A stretch of 28,659 nt of DNA from Candidatus Micrarchaeota archaeon (GTDB lineage Archaea; B1Sed10-29; JAJRYS01): contig CAZBZN010000008.1 in assembly GCA_964496415.1 (NCBI GenBank), forward strand, positions 1 to 28,659. The letters run 5' to 3'. Under the pieces are notes generated by a model. It was given only the letters and a program-made list of their open reading frames with translations. It did no database searches and had not been told where the DNA came from. This document shows positions 1 to 9,969 of the stretch, in pieces. The translations under genes and the position numbers were made by a program. Numbering within the stretch: position 1 is the first letter of the stretch; each line of letters starts with the position of its first letter.

Positions 1-23
1 GGTTCTGACTGAGCTACGGGCCC
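1..23 (-). tRNA. 5' fragment of a tRNA gene, truncated by the window edge (isotype unknown)
   Basis: Minus strand reads GGGCCCG TA GCTC AGTCAG..., the typical archaeal acceptor 5' strand, U8-A9, D-stem and start of the D-loop; anticodon lies outside the window. Confidence 0.7.
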
Positions 24-80
24 AACTTTGTTTAAAAAATTAAATTAGTTATTTTTTCTTATGCCTTGTTTTTAAATTTA

Positions 81-1853
81 TCATTCCCACTCTATTGTGG
101 CTGGGGGTTTATTAGTAATATCATAGAATATCGCATTAACCCCCTCTAATTTTAAGAGTTCTTTTTTTACTTCATCAACTAAACCCCATGGAAGTTTTGC
201 AAACCTTGCTGTCATTGCTCTTTTTGAAATCACTGGCCTTAATATGATCGTTCCACCACTTTCTGTAAAAGATATTGGTGCATAGATTACTGGGAACTGC
301 CATACTTTATCATAGTAATTGCTTTTTCTCATAATCTTTTCTACTATATAATCAGCTTCTCTTAGTAGCTCTATTTTTTCTTTATTTATCTCATCTTCGA
401 TGGTTTTTGGTTTCTTGAAAGTTTTTGGTTGCAATGAAAAAACAACTCTGTTTATCCCCTCTATATTGTTGGTTATTTTTATTGATATTTTTTCTAATTC
501 ATCCCAATTTTTTGGGCCAAATAAAACAACTGGATGTTCATAACATCTTGCATCTCCCTTCACTCCAACACTTTTTAAAGGTAAAACAAGTCCTTTATAC
601 CTTGTGTGCTTAAGTACTTTTTCCAACTTCTCCTGCAAGCCTGGTTTTGGTGTTTTAACAGTAATTATTCTAACAGCTAAGCCTGGACCTGGAAAAGGAT
701 GATTTTTTAGTATTTCTTCAGGAACTTTTAAAATCCTTCCAAGCACTCTTACTTCTTCCTTATACAAATCACTTAATGGTTCTAATACAAGACCTTTCTT
801 TATCATTCTTTGAATTATTCCTACTCTATTATGATGGGTTTTTATTACCTCAGAATGTTTTGTCGCACCGCTTTCTATCGTGTCTGGATATATCGTGCCT
901 TGACATAAAACCCAATTATCTAATTGGTTTAGTTTTGGTTCAATTATACTGATAAACTTTTCGCCGATTATTTTTCTTTTTTCTTCAGGGTCTTTAATGT
1001 CTTTTATCGCATTATAAAAATCACTTTCGGCATTGATAATTTCAGGAACTATGCCTGCTTTTCTCAAAGCACTTGCTACTTTTTCTGATTCATTTTTTCT
1101 CATAAACCCAGTATTGATATGAAAAACTTTTACATTCTCCTTTGGTAATGCCTTTGCAAGCATGAAAGCAAGCACTGTAGAGTCAACGCCACCGCTTGCC
1201 AGCAAAACTACTTTTTTATTATAAGTGTGTTCTTTTATCTCATATAACTTTTTTTCAAGATATTTTTCCATATTCCAATTTTTTGATGCGCCGCAGATTC
1301 TAAACACAAAATTTTCTAAGATTTTATTTCCATACTTAGTATCACTAACTTCTGGATGAAATTGAACTCCATAAATTCTTTTATCAGAATTTTCAAAAGC
1401 AGCTATTTTACAATTATCTGTAAAGCCAATAACCTTAAATCCTTTAGGGAGTTTTATGACAGAATCACCATGACTCATCCATACCTCCTGGCTTTTATCA
1501 AGTCCTAAAAAGAGAGGGCTTGAGTTGTCTGCTTTCATTATTGCTTTGCTATATTCTCTAGCTTGTAGTTTTTTTACTTCACCACCAAACACCTTTGCTA
1601 TGTACTGCATCCCATAACATATTCCAAGAATTGGTTTTTCAGATAAAAAAATTGCTTTAGAAACTCTTGGCGCTTTTCTATCATTAACTGAATACGGTGA
1701 CCCTGACAAAATGAATCCTTTATATTCTTTAATCTTTTCTTTTTCAAGATTTGTTGAAAGAAGCTCAGAGTACACGCCAAGTTGCCTGATCTTCAAACAT
1801 ATTAGATGAGCATACTGTCCCCCGTTATCAATCACGCCTATTTTTTCTTCCAT
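81..1853 (-). CDS. guaA: GMP synthase (glutamine-hydrolysing), fused GATase + ATP-pyrophosphatase, long C-terminal form
   Basis: GICYGMQ catalytic Cys, GVQFHPE, PP-loop SGGVDS, IKTHHN, HPFPGPGL, C-terminal KPPATIEWE. Confidence 0.97.
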   Translation of the reverse strand: MEEKIGVIDNGGQYAHLICLKIRQLGVYSELLSTNLEKEKIKEYKGFILSGSPYSVNDRKAPRVSKAIFLSEKPILGICYGMQYIAKVFGGEVKKLQAREYSKAIMKADNSSPLFLGLDKSQEVWMSHGDSVIKLPKGFKVIGFTDNCKIAAFENSDKRIYGVQFHPEVSDTKYGNKILENFVFRICGASKNWNMEKYLEKKLYEIKEHTYNKKVVLLASGGVDSTVLAFMLAKALPKENVKVFHINTGFMRKNESEKVASALRKAGIVPEIINAESDFYNAIKDIKDPEEKRKIIGEKFISIIEPKLNQLDNWVLCQGTIYPDTIESGATKHSEVIKTHHNRVGIIQRMIKKGLVLEPLSDLYKEEVRVLGRILKVPEEILKNHPFPGPGLAVRIITVKTPKPGLQEKLEKVLKHTRYKGLVLPLKSVGVKGDARCYEHPVVLFGPKNWDELEKISIKITNNIEGINRVVFSLQPKTFKKPKTIEDEINKEKIELLREADYIVEKIMRKSNYYDKVWQFPVIYAPISFTESGGTIILRPVISKRAMTARFAKLPWGLVDEVKKELLKLEGVNAIFYDITNKPPATIEWE

Positions 1854-2205
1854 TTTTATCCCTTTGTCTTTTTAAGTTTATAGCAATCCAAGACGCTTGG
1901 TTTTCCCATTCTGCTTTTTTTATAGCTTCAGAAGCTTCTTCAGGAAAATTCTTTAACGTAAAAGCAACATCCCAAGGACATAACCCTCTTTCTTTTGCTA
2001 TTTTTATAGCCTTTTCACTCACTTCAGGAAATTCTTTTAAAGTAATTATTATATCATAGTAATTAAGACCTGTTTCTTTTGATATATTTAATGCTCTTTT
2101 AACTAATTCCTTACCATATAACCTTTGCATTAAACCTATTTCCCCTTTAAGGACTGGCAATTGCTTAAATACTTTTCTAGCTCTTTTACGCATAAATTTA
2201 TACAT
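1828..2205 (-). CDS. Hypothetical helical-repeat protein (start may be the ATG at 2193)
   Basis: 125-aa ORF overlapping the guaA start; two ~28-aa repeats ([27 protein letters not shown] / [28 protein letters not shown]). Confidence 0.7.
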   Translation of the reverse strand: MYKFMRKRARKVFKQLPVLKGEIGLMQRLYGKELVKRALNISKETGLNYYDIIITLKEFPEVSEKAIKIAKERGLCPWDVAFTLKNFPEEASEAIKKAEWENQASWIAINLKRQRDKNGRKNRRD

Positions 2206-2226
2206 TATTTAGTATTAAAATTACTT

Positions 2227-2730
2227 ATGCTTTTGGTTTTAAGGCTTGGTCATAGAAGGAAGCGTGATGCAAGGGTTTCAACGCATTGCGGGTTAGTTGC
2301 TCGTGCTTTTGGAGCTGATGGAATCATTTTTTCAGGAGAAAAAGACGAGGCTCTTCTTGAAAGCATTAGGAAGGTGAATGAGAAATGGGGTAATGGATTT
2401 AAGGCAAGTTATGAGAAAAACTGGCGTAAGGTTATTAAGGAGTTTGATGGGAAAGTAGTTCACTTAACAATGTATGGTGTTGATTTCAGAGAAAAGATAA
2501 AAGAATTGAAAAAAGAGAAAAACATTCTCGTGGTAATAGGGGCTGAGAAGGTTCCTGCAGAAGTTTATGAGCTTGCTGATTTTAATCTTTCAGTTACTAA
2601 CCAACCTCATTCTGAAATTGCTGCTCTTGCAGTGTTTTTAGAAAACCTTACGGGGTTAAAGAAAAAGTTTTCCGGAAAGCTTGAAATCATCCCAAGCCCT
2701 AAAGGAAAGAAAGTCATTAAAAAAGAATGA
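2227..2730 (+). CDS. trm56: tRNA (cytidine(56)-2'-O)-methyltransferase, SPOUT family
   Basis: [36 protein letters not shown]; start moved to ATG 2227, with TTTATA at 2197-2202. Confidence 0.95.
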   Translation: MLLVLRLGHRRKRDARVSTHCGLVARAFGADGIIFSGEKDEALLESIRKVNEKWGNGFKASYEKNWRKVIKEFDGKVVHLTMYGVDFREKIKELKKEKNILVVIGAEKVPAEVYELADFNLSVTNQPHSEIAALAVFLENLTGLKKKFSGKLEIIPSPKGKKVIKKE

Positions 2731-2771
2731 CACCAGTCAGTAATATAAATTAGAAAATATAGAATAATAGC

Positions 2772-3287
2772 ATGCCCAAGAATTCTATTAATTTAAAAGA
2801 TGAGCTTGTGAAGGACTTTATCTCAAAAACAATCAGTAAAGACGCCTATAACGTGCTTGCTTGTCTTGAACGTGGAAAGACTGATGAACAGATAAGCAGA
2901 AAGCTTAAAATGAGAGTTAATGACGTTAGAGCCTTATTAAACCAACTTCATTATCTTGGAGTAATCACTTACACTAAAGAAAAAGCTAAAACCAACAACT
3001 GGTATACTTACACTTGGTATGCTAGAAAAGATAGGATAAAAGAACTGTTAAAAGAGAGGTTTGAAGAAGAAATAAAAGAGCTTGAAGAGAGACTTGGTTT
3101 TGAAAAGACTTATACTTTTTTCAAATGCAAGAAGGGATGTGAGAAGCTTCCTTTTGAAATTGCTTTTGAGTATGACTTTAAATGCCCTGAGTGCGGGACT
3201 CAAATGATAGCTACTGATAACAAAAAAGAGGTTAAAAAAATAGAAGCAAGGATAAGGAAGTTGAAGAAGTTCTTGGAAAAGGCTTAG
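2772..3287 (+). CDS. tfe: Transcription factor E subunit alpha
   Basis: N-terminal wHTH (TDEQIS..VNDVRALLNQL..WYTYTW), Zn ribbon FKCKKGC..FKCPECG, coiled C-terminus; TATA-like AATATAAA ~25 nt upstream. Confidence 0.93.
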   Translation: MPKNSINLKDELVKDFISKTISKDAYNVLACLERGKTDEQISRKLKMRVNDVRALLNQLHYLGVITYTKEKAKTNNWYTYTWYARKDRIKELLKERFEEEIKELEERLGFEKTYTFFKCKKGCEKLPFEIAFEYDFKCPECGTQMIATDNKKEVKKIEARIRKLKKFLEKA

Positions 3288-3955
3288 ATTATTTCTCTTA
3301 TTTTATGCACTGTTATTCCTTTCTTAGTCAACTCGAAAGGATGTATTGAAGAATCGTGGTTGGTAGCTATCATCTTCCTTATAGAGACGCCTCTCATTAT
3401 TTCTGAGTTCTTTTTTATCAAGTGAGTTTGAATAACTCCATCTAAAACAAATTCTTCTATTCCAAAAGCGCTTAACTTTGGATCGTTGTCATGGATTTCT
3501 GAAAGCATTAAAGCAGTTACTCCTGAGTTTGAAAGCATTTTCCTCATTTCTATTAATCCTTTCCTCATCTTGTAAGGAGAGTCAAAAAACTGCCCTATTA
3601 TCGTAAGAGAATCAATCACTACTCTTGAAGCATTAAGCTTGTCAATGTTGTCAGATAAGTCTGATAAGAAAGACTCAAACTGATATAATTCACTGCTTAT
3701 TATGTTAAATTGCTTTGACTTTATTTTCTCTTCAAGCTGCCAGTCAAAAACCGAAAAAGCTTTTATTAGATAAGATTCGTCTTTTTCAAACGAATAGAAT
3801 AATGTTGGTTCTTTACTTCTGTAAAGGAATTCTCCTGCAAAGTAAATCTTCCCAGAACCACAAGGCCCTGTTAAAAGTACTGATGAGCCTTTAGGTATCC
3901 CACCTTCCATCAAAGAATCAAAACCTTTTATTCCAGTAGGTATTCTTTCAATCAT
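3284..3955 (-). CDS. KaiC/RAD55-like single-domain ATPase (RecA superfamily), Walker A reads GKI
   Basis: IPTGIKGFDSLMEGGIP, GPCGSGKI, RVVIDS, EEFVLDGVI, IRKM; start set at MIERIPTG, with TTTTATAAAA at 3977-3986. Confidence 0.9.
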   Translation of the reverse strand: MIERIPTGIKGFDSLMEGGIPKGSSVLLTGPCGSGKIYFAGEFLYRSKEPTLFYSFEKDESYLIKAFSVFDWQLEEKIKSKQFNIISSELYQFESFLSDLSDNIDKLNASRVVIDSLTIIGQFFDSPYKMRKGLIEMRKMLSNSGVTALMLSEIHDNDPKLSAFGIEEFVLDGVIQTHLIKKNSEIMRGVSIRKMIATNHDSSIHPFELTKKGITVHKIREII

Positions 3956-3990
3956 GAAAATAAAAACGAAAAGCTGTTTTATAAAACTTT

Positions 3991-4028
3991 TGAAAAACAA
4001 GAAAAAGGTTAAGGAGCAAAAGCTCCTT
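3991..4028 (-). terminator. Hairpin plus T-tracts downstream of the major pilin
   Basis: Stem AAGGAGC-4nt-GCTCCTT (4011-4028) followed on the minus strand by AACCTTTTTCTTGTTTTT. Confidence 0.65.
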
Positions 4029-4036
4029 CAGGTTTC

Positions 4037-4474
4037 TCATGCTTCACAGTCAGCGTAGATTATTCCACTGTCTGTGTGTGTTAATCCTCCTTCTGAAGTG
4101 TAGGTAACATTTACATTTAGGGTAACTGATCCTCCAGGAGTACAAGTAACTGTTGACAAATTCACTAGTTTCTGTTGTCCAGCGCCTATGGTAAATCCAT
4201 TGTCAAGTATTTCACTTCTTGATGTGCCGTCATAGTATGTTATATTAACGTTTCTTAAAGCCTGCCCTGCAACATTTCTGAATAATATCTGAGATGCATT
4301 TGTTCTGTTAGTAATTGTCCACTCTGCTGGTACTAAAACATCAAATCCAGAAGATCCTGTAGAGCTTGTTCCAAAAACTCCAGACCTCCATAATACTAAT
4401 CCTACTATTACGACCACGAGTATTGCCCACCCGTAGGTCATTAGGTATTCTAGTGCTCCTTGACCTTTCCTCAC
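4037..4474 (-). CDS. Archaeal type IV pilin, probable major pilin
   Basis: Class III signal MRKG|QGALEYLMTYGWAILVVVIV (Q+1, E+5); GTG start at 4474 after SD GAGGTGA; own TATA (4519-4528) and terminator. Confidence 0.9.
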   Translation of the reverse strand: MRKGQGALEYLMTYGWAILVVVIVGLVLWRSGVFGTSSTGSSGFDVLVPAEWTITNRTNASQILFRNVAGQALRNVNITYYDGTSRSEILDNGFTIGAGQQKLVNLSTVTCTPGGSVTLNVNVTYTSEGGLTHTDSGIIYADCEA

Positions 4475-4576
4475 ATGCGTCACCTCAAATTAATTATCTG
4501 TTTGAAATAAAGAAACAGTATTTAAAAAAGTTACTGGTTGATTTCAAATATTTTTCAAAAAAACAGTTTTAAAACT

Positions 4577-5602
4577 TTACAATGCCATTATCCCTGAAAG
4601 GATTTTTGAAAGCACTACTAACACGACAAAGAATACCACAAGCCCGATGAACAAAAACACAGGAATCATCTTTATACCTTCTTTTTCTTCACCATACTTT
4701 AGCACGCCAATCACTAAAGAAGCAAAAATAGCTGAAATTGAAAGACTGATTATTGAAAACCATCTTAATACTCCAACGTCTATTGATGACTTCTGAGGAG
4801 TTATCACTGGAAAGTTTACATTAACTATTGGTGCTTTTGGAATTGCTTCTATGGAAGTGACTCCAACAGCTGTTCTTATTGACTGGCTTAAGTCAACAAA
4901 ATTAATAGAAGTAGCATACAAAATAGGAGCAGCTATCAATACTGCTATAATTGTAAACAACACGTAAGCACCAATGTTTGCTTGAATTTCCTGTTGAAGG
5001 ATTTCCCCCATCCTGATATCATCAGCTGTTTTTTCAAGCAAGCTGGCTAACTCCCCACCTGACCTCATTCCCTCAACAATCAAACCAACTACTCTCTTAA
5101 GTAATGGTGAATTCACTCTTTTTGAAAAATCAATAAGAGCTTCATCAACTGGCTTTCCTGCAAGAGTCTCTTCACCTATCAAGTTAATTTCTTCACTTAA
5201 AACCCCGAACTCAGGTCTTGCTGATAATAGTATTGCTTTATCAGGAGTAATCCCAGCCCTTATATTTGCTGAAATCAACTGTAAAGCATCTGGAAGGTTT
5301 TTTTCAATCTGTTTTGCCCTTTGATAAGCACTGTAAGATAAAAAGAAATAAGCTGAAATGAAAAAAACAAACAACAATCCAAAAAACAAGGCAAGATATA
5401 AGAAGAAACCTAATTCCCATATGTAAGAGGCAAGCAAAGCTATTAGAATAGAAAGTAACAAACTATAAACAAACACCACCCCGAGCCATACTTCTTCTTT
5501 TACTGCAATTCTTGCATAAAAAAGAAGATTGCCTACTTTAGCCTTAAAACTCTCAGGAAAAGCTTTCCCAAAAGTCATAAACATTCTTTGAATTCTTCTC
5601 AT
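4577..5602 (-). CDS. Type IV pilus membrane platform protein (TadC/GspF family)
   Basis: IEKNLPDALQLISANIRAG, EFGVLSEE, GMRSGGELASLL; multiple TM helices. Confidence 0.92.
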   Translation of the reverse strand: MRRIQRMFMTFGKAFPESFKAKVGNLLFYARIAVKEEVWLGVVFVYSLLLSILIALLASYIWELGFFLYLALFFGLLFVFFISAYFFLSYSAYQRAKQIEKNLPDALQLISANIRAGITPDKAILLSARPEFGVLSEEINLIGEETLAGKPVDEALIDFSKRVNSPLLKRVVGLIVEGMRSGGELASLLEKTADDIRMGEILQQEIQANIGAYVLFTIIAVLIAAPILYATSINFVDLSQSIRTAVGVTSIEAIPKAPIVNVNFPVITPQKSSIDVGVLRWFSIISLSISAIFASLVIGVLKYGEEKEGIKMIPVFLFIGLVVFFVVLVVLSKILSGIMAL

Positions 5603-5604
5603 GC

Positions 5605-6492
5605 TTAAAACCTCAGCTTTGGTCTTTTCATCTTAAGGAATTTTACGAAAAACAACTGAAATGCTGAAAAGAAACCTAAGAAAACAACAAACATGCCATT
5701 ACTTATAGTTATAGGCATTAACGAAGACAATACCATAATCAAAGCAATTCCCATTGTCGGGAAGATAACTGTCAAAAGCAAGTACATTAAAGCCCAAGGA
5801 CTTAGTTCTTTACTGAACCTCTGAAGCCTTACTCTTTCTTCTTCTGAAAAATCCCTCACTAATCCTTCAAGAACATCAGCTAAGTTAGTCCCAGCCCTGA
5901 GAGCATTAGAAATCTGCCACACTGCACGACGTAAGTAAACAGATGGTGTCCTTAGCATCATCCTGTCTAATGCTTCAAGCTCAGGAGTTCCACCATTTAT
6001 TTCTTTAGCAGTTATCTCAAACTCTTTAGAAATAACACCATAACCAGCTTCACTGACAGAAACAATAGCATTGTATAATGGAACCCCTGACCTTACTTGA
6101 ATAAGCAAATGCCTTAAAGCAAAAAGAATATCTTTATTCAGTTCTTCTGCTTTCTTTTTCAAAAGCATTGAAGGATAATAAAGCACCTGACCAGTAATGA
6201 ACAATGAAAGAACAAAACCAGACAACAGGATAATACTAAAGATTTCATGAAACTGTGATGCTGAAAGCAAGAAAACAACCAAGCTAATCCCTATCACGAA
6301 CATGACAAACACGTAGAAAAAAGTAAGTATGGTTACTGAAAAATACTCTACTGGCGTGAACGGAAAATCAAGCTGAGCCAATTCTGCTTTTAAAGAAGGT
6401 TTTAAACTAACCAATTTTCTTGCTATGGGATTAAATACTCTTGAATACTTTTTTGCTTTGCTTGCTTCAAACGGAAGGAAAGGAGTCTTCAA
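5605..6492 (-). CDS. Second type IV pilus platform protein (TadB/TadC/GspF family)
   Basis: ILFALRHLLIQVRSGVPL, YGVISKEF, ISNALRAGTNL; TM helices; TTG start. Confidence 0.9.
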   Translation of the reverse strand: MKTPFLPFEASKAKKYSRVFNPIARKLVSLKPSLKAELAQLDFPFTPVEYFSVTILTFFYVFVMFVIGISLVVFLLSASQFHEIFSIILLSGFVLSLFITGQVLYYPSMLLKKKAEELNKDILFALRHLLIQVRSGVPLYNAIVSVSEAGYGVISKEFEITAKEINGGTPELEALDRMMLRTPSVYLRRAVWQISNALRAGTNLADVLEGLVRDFSEEERVRLQRFSKELSPWALMYLLLTVIFPTMGIALIMVLSSLMPITISNGMFVVFLGFFSAFQLFFVKFLKMKRPKLRF

Positions 6493-6498
6493 AAAACA

Positions 6499-7995
6499 TC
6501 ACTCATAGGGTTTGTTTTTTTCAACATAATCAAGAATCTCGCTTTTGTTCTTATAATACTTTGCAATTACTTCCCCGACCTTATGCACGTCATTGATCTT
6601 ATTATCAACCATCCATGCTAGTATTCTTTTCTTTTCACTTAAGTCTTCTTCAAGCTCTTTTTGAGTAAGTCCTGTAAGCAAAGCAATTTCTGAAAACACT
6701 CTCATCGAGTCTTTCTCTTTAACTATCTTATCTTCCCTTGGCCTCCAGCGGTAAAGCAGCCTGATATCAACTCCTGTCTCTGCTCTTGACTCTCCAACAG
6801 GCATTACTTCAGCAACTTCAATAGTCCTTCTAATTCCAAGCCTCCTATGCCTGTATTGAATAATTATCAAGTGAAGTGATTCAAGCAAAGGCTCTGGGAT
6901 ATTAATCGGCGGCGTGATTAGTCTTCTTTTTACTTGCTCTGCACTGTCAGCATGAAGTGTTGAATAAACAGAATGACCAGTATGCATTGCCTCGAACAAA
7001 ACCTCTGCTTCTCTTTGCCTCCTTATCTCCCCCACAACTATCCTGTCAGGCCTCATACGTAAAGCATTAATCATTAAATCAAGCATTGAAACTTCTCCTT
7101 TTCCTTCTGGGTTAGGCTCTCTTGTAGTAAGAGGAACCCAGTGCTGGTATTTTGGAAGAGAAAGCTCTCGCGTATCCTCAATACTGACAATCCTTTGATT
7201 TGGTTGAATGAATGGAAGAATAGTGTTCAAAGTACTTGTTTTTCCAGAACCAGTACCTCCTGAAATTAAAACATTAAGCTCGTATTGAATGCATAACCAT
7301 AACAACGCGGCTATTTCATTATTAAGAGTATTAAGGGTTATGAAGTCAGTTATTGTCCAAGGTTTCCTAGCAAACTTCCTAATGGTTATCGTGTTTCCTT
7401 TAGTGGAAATCGGGAACAAAGTAGCGTTAACCCTATCTCCTGTTATCAAATGAGCATCCATTAAAGGATTCAAGATATTTATCTGCCTTCCTACTCTTCT
7501 CCCAATCATGTTAGCATAATCAAGAATGTTTTCCTCTGAAGGCAAGAAAATATTTGTCTTAAGCCACCCGTACCTACGATGATAAACCCACACAGGTTCA
7601 GCAGAACCATTAATCACTATTTCTTCTAATTCCTCGTCACTTAAAGGAACCTCAATATCGCCAAGGCCAAGCATTTCATTAACAACCAAACCTACAAGAA
7701 GCTTTACTTCGTCAGGCTTTAAGTCAGGCAAGTACTCCTTTATCTTTTTCTCAGCATTAGTCAAAAACTCCTGCTTCATCTTTTCAAAAATCCTTGGGTC
7801 TAAAACCTCCTTCATTCTTACTTTTGAAAGTTTTATGAGCTCAGATTTCACCTGAGAAAGAATATTCTTAGTAGCAACTCCAACTTCAGGAATCTTGATT
7901 TCATAAACAGGAACAAACTCTCCAGTATCTGAAATTATTACATCAGCAATAAGTCCTGAAGCATTAACCTTGTAAGATTCAAGTTTTTTCTTCAT
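6499..7995 (-). CDS. Type IV pilus assembly ATPase (VirB11/CpaF/TadA family)
   Basis: GGTGSGKT, SIEDTREL, LRMRPDRIVVGEIR, AMHTGH..STLHA. Confidence 0.96.
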   Translation of the reverse strand: MKKKLESYKVNASGLIADVIISDTGEFVPVYEIKIPEVGVATKNILSQVKSELIKLSKVRMKEVLDPRIFEKMKQEFLTNAEKKIKEYLPDLKPDEVKLLVGLVVNEMLGLGDIEVPLSDEELEEIVINGSAEPVWVYHRRYGWLKTNIFLPSEENILDYANMIGRRVGRQINILNPLMDAHLITGDRVNATLFPISTKGNTITIRKFARKPWTITDFITLNTLNNEIAALLWLCIQYELNVLISGGTGSGKTSTLNTILPFIQPNQRIVSIEDTRELSLPKYQHWVPLTTREPNPEGKGEVSMLDLMINALRMRPDRIVVGEIRRQREAEVLFEAMHTGHSVYSTLHADSAEQVKRRLITPPINIPEPLLESLHLIIIQYRHRRLGIRRTIEVAEVMPVGESRAETGVDIRLLYRWRPREDKIVKEKDSMRVFSEIALLTGLTQKELEEDLSEKKRILAWMVDNKINDVHKVGEVIAKYYKNKSEILDYVEKNKPYE

Positions 7996-8948
7996 GGAAC
8001 CACCAGCAGGAATATTATCAACATTACTGCAATAGCAATCATTAAGAAAGCTGCTCTTTTCCTTCTCTTAAGAGAAAGTTCATGCTTTAATTCCTTAAGC
8101 CTTGACTTGTGCTCGATTATTTTTCTTTCAATTTCCGACAAAGTAATAGCAAGGTTTTTTATCTCCTCCTCAATCTCTTTGATTTCTTTATTAACCTTCT
8201 TAATCATATCACTTAGTTCTTTTTTCTCATTCAATAATTCATTTGACCTTAACTTTATTTTTTCAAGCTTTCTTTCAAGTTTCTTCTTCTCATTAAGTAA
8301 AGACCTCATGCTCTTCTCAAGTTTGCTTATCTCCCTTTTTCTTTTAGCAGCTAACTGTTTATACCTCACGCCTAACTTCTTTCCCTTATACTTTTCAGCT
8401 TTCTCAGAATAAGCCTCAAGCTTCTCTTTTTCTTTCTTCAACTTATCCTCAATCTTTGAAACATGCTTAGATACCTTTTTAAGTTCTTCCTTAACGCTAT
8501 CCATTTCAAAAAACACTTTCTCAATCTTCTTCTGAAGCTTTGAAACATCAGATTCAAGCTCCTGCACCTTAGATGATTTTTCTTTAACTTTTGCTTCTGC
8601 TTTTTTCTTAGAGATGAGGACTCCTGCAAGCTTTTTTTCAAGGTTTGAGATTATTCCTTTTTCATTCAAAATCTCCTGTTTAAGTCCTCTTTTTCTCATA
8701 AAAGAAAAGAGTTTTCTTTCAACTGGTGGTTTTTTACTCTCAGCTTTTCCTGGAAGAGTCAAGTAAGGTGGGACAAAAGGATTTGCTGGATAAACCAATA
8801 CTAACAAGCCATTCTTGTCAAGAATGTTAGCCCATTCTTCAACTTTTTCAAAAGGAACCTCAAGCTCTCTTGAAATAGTTTCAAGGTCAACAGCTTCTCT
8901 TTCTTTTACAAGGTCATAAATCTTGTCAACAACACTTTCAAGCTTCAT
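7992..8948 (-). CDS. wHTH + long coiled-coil protein with C-terminal membrane anchor
   Basis: Start MKLESVVDKIY after SD GGTGA; N-terminal wHTH-like pattern, ~190-aa K/E heptad region, terminal hydrophobic helix; ATGA overlap with the ATPase gene. Confidence 0.8.
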   Translation of the reverse strand: MKLESVVDKIYDLVKEREAVDLETISRELEVPFEKVEEWANILDKNGLLVLVYPANPFVPPYLTLPGKAESKKPPVERKLFSFMRKRGLKQEILNEKGIISNLEKKLAGVLISKKKAEAKVKEKSSKVQELESDVSKLQKKIEKVFFEMDSVKEELKKVSKHVSKIEDKLKKEKEKLEAYSEKAEKYKGKKLGVRYKQLAAKRKREISKLEKSMRSLLNEKKKLERKLEKIKLRSNELLNEKKELSDMIKKVNKEIKEIEEEIKNLAITLSEIERKIIEHKSRLKELKHELSLKRRKRAAFLMIAIAVMLIIFLLVVP

Positions 8949-8952
8949 TAAA

Positions 8953-9969
8953 TCACCAAGAGTAAACAGCCTTATCCTTTCCCCTTTCAACCATTACCCC
9001 AATCACATGATTGAACATGACTGTTGTTCCGCTACTATCCACGCTTAATACAAATACTCTATTGTTTAAAAATGCTTTTGATTTGTTGTTATAAAGCTCT
9101 GAATTTGAAAAGTTCTGGTCTTCGTCAACATAAACACTCTCATAAATTGAATCACTGTCATAATCCATTGATATTAGGTAATAAGTTTTTCCAAAAAGAG
9201 AAATTGAACCATAGTACTTTTGGGGGTTGGAAGAAGCAGGATAATCTGGTTCTATGAAACCAGGATTTGACGAAGATAACGTTGTTGAAAGCAACTCTCC
9301 CTGCTGGTTTAAAGAAGAAGCATTTCCTAGCTCAAATAAAAAACTCTGGTCAACTGCGGATATATTTGAATAATCAATTAAAATTTTGGTTGGAGAAACT
9401 GTGAGATTAATGCTTGCAGAAGAATAATTCAAGAAAACCCAGCACTCTTGACTAATGTTCTTAGCAAAAACATTGCCTGCTTGGATTACTACTCTAATTT
9501 GGCCTGAATCAGTACAGTTGTCAGTTATTGACGCTATTCCTGAAAAATTCAACCAAGCATGAGAATAATTAAGAAGAATTGACGAATTGTTTGAAAGGTA
9601 GTTCATCAAATAAACAACGTTATCTCCTATCAGTGTTATTGAATCATTAAAAACAGAATAATCAAAATAAATAGATGAGTTACTAAAACCAGAGTAATTT
9701 TCTAAAAACAAAGAATAGTAATACAGTTTTAATGACTTGTCTTCCTTAGAAAAATTATTGACCAGATGTAAGTGAGTGCTATTATTCTCCCAAGACAAGC
9801 CTAAAATCTTCTGAGTGTCTTTGATTATTGAATCAGCATCATTGCTAACACTTAAAGTAGAAACCAGCAAAGGCGTTTTTGAAGATGTTGAAACTACAAA
9901 AACACCTAAAAGGAGAATAATTACTGCAGAAATGAAAAAAGACAATGCAATGTAAATAAACCCTTTCAT
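8953..9969 (-). CDS. Large minor pilin-like protein
   Basis: MKG|FIYIALSFFISAVIILLL class III-like signal; beta-rich body with many N-X-S/T sequons. Confidence 0.7.
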   Translation of the reverse strand: MKGFIYIALSFFISAVIILLLGVFVVSTSSKTPLLVSTLSVSNDADSIIKDTQKILGLSWENNSTHLHLVNNFSKEDKSLKLYYYSLFLENYSGFSNSSIYFDYSVFNDSITLIGDNVVYLMNYLSNNSSILLNYSHAWLNFSGIASITDNCTDSGQIRVVIQAGNVFAKNISQECWVFLNYSSASINLTVSPTKILIDYSNISAVDQSFLFELGNASSLNQQGELLSTTLSSSNPGFIEPDYPASSNPQKYYGSISLFGKTYYLISMDYDSDSIYESVYVDEDQNFSNSELYNNKSKAFLNNRVFVLSVDSSGTTVMFNHVIGVMVERGKDKAVYSW

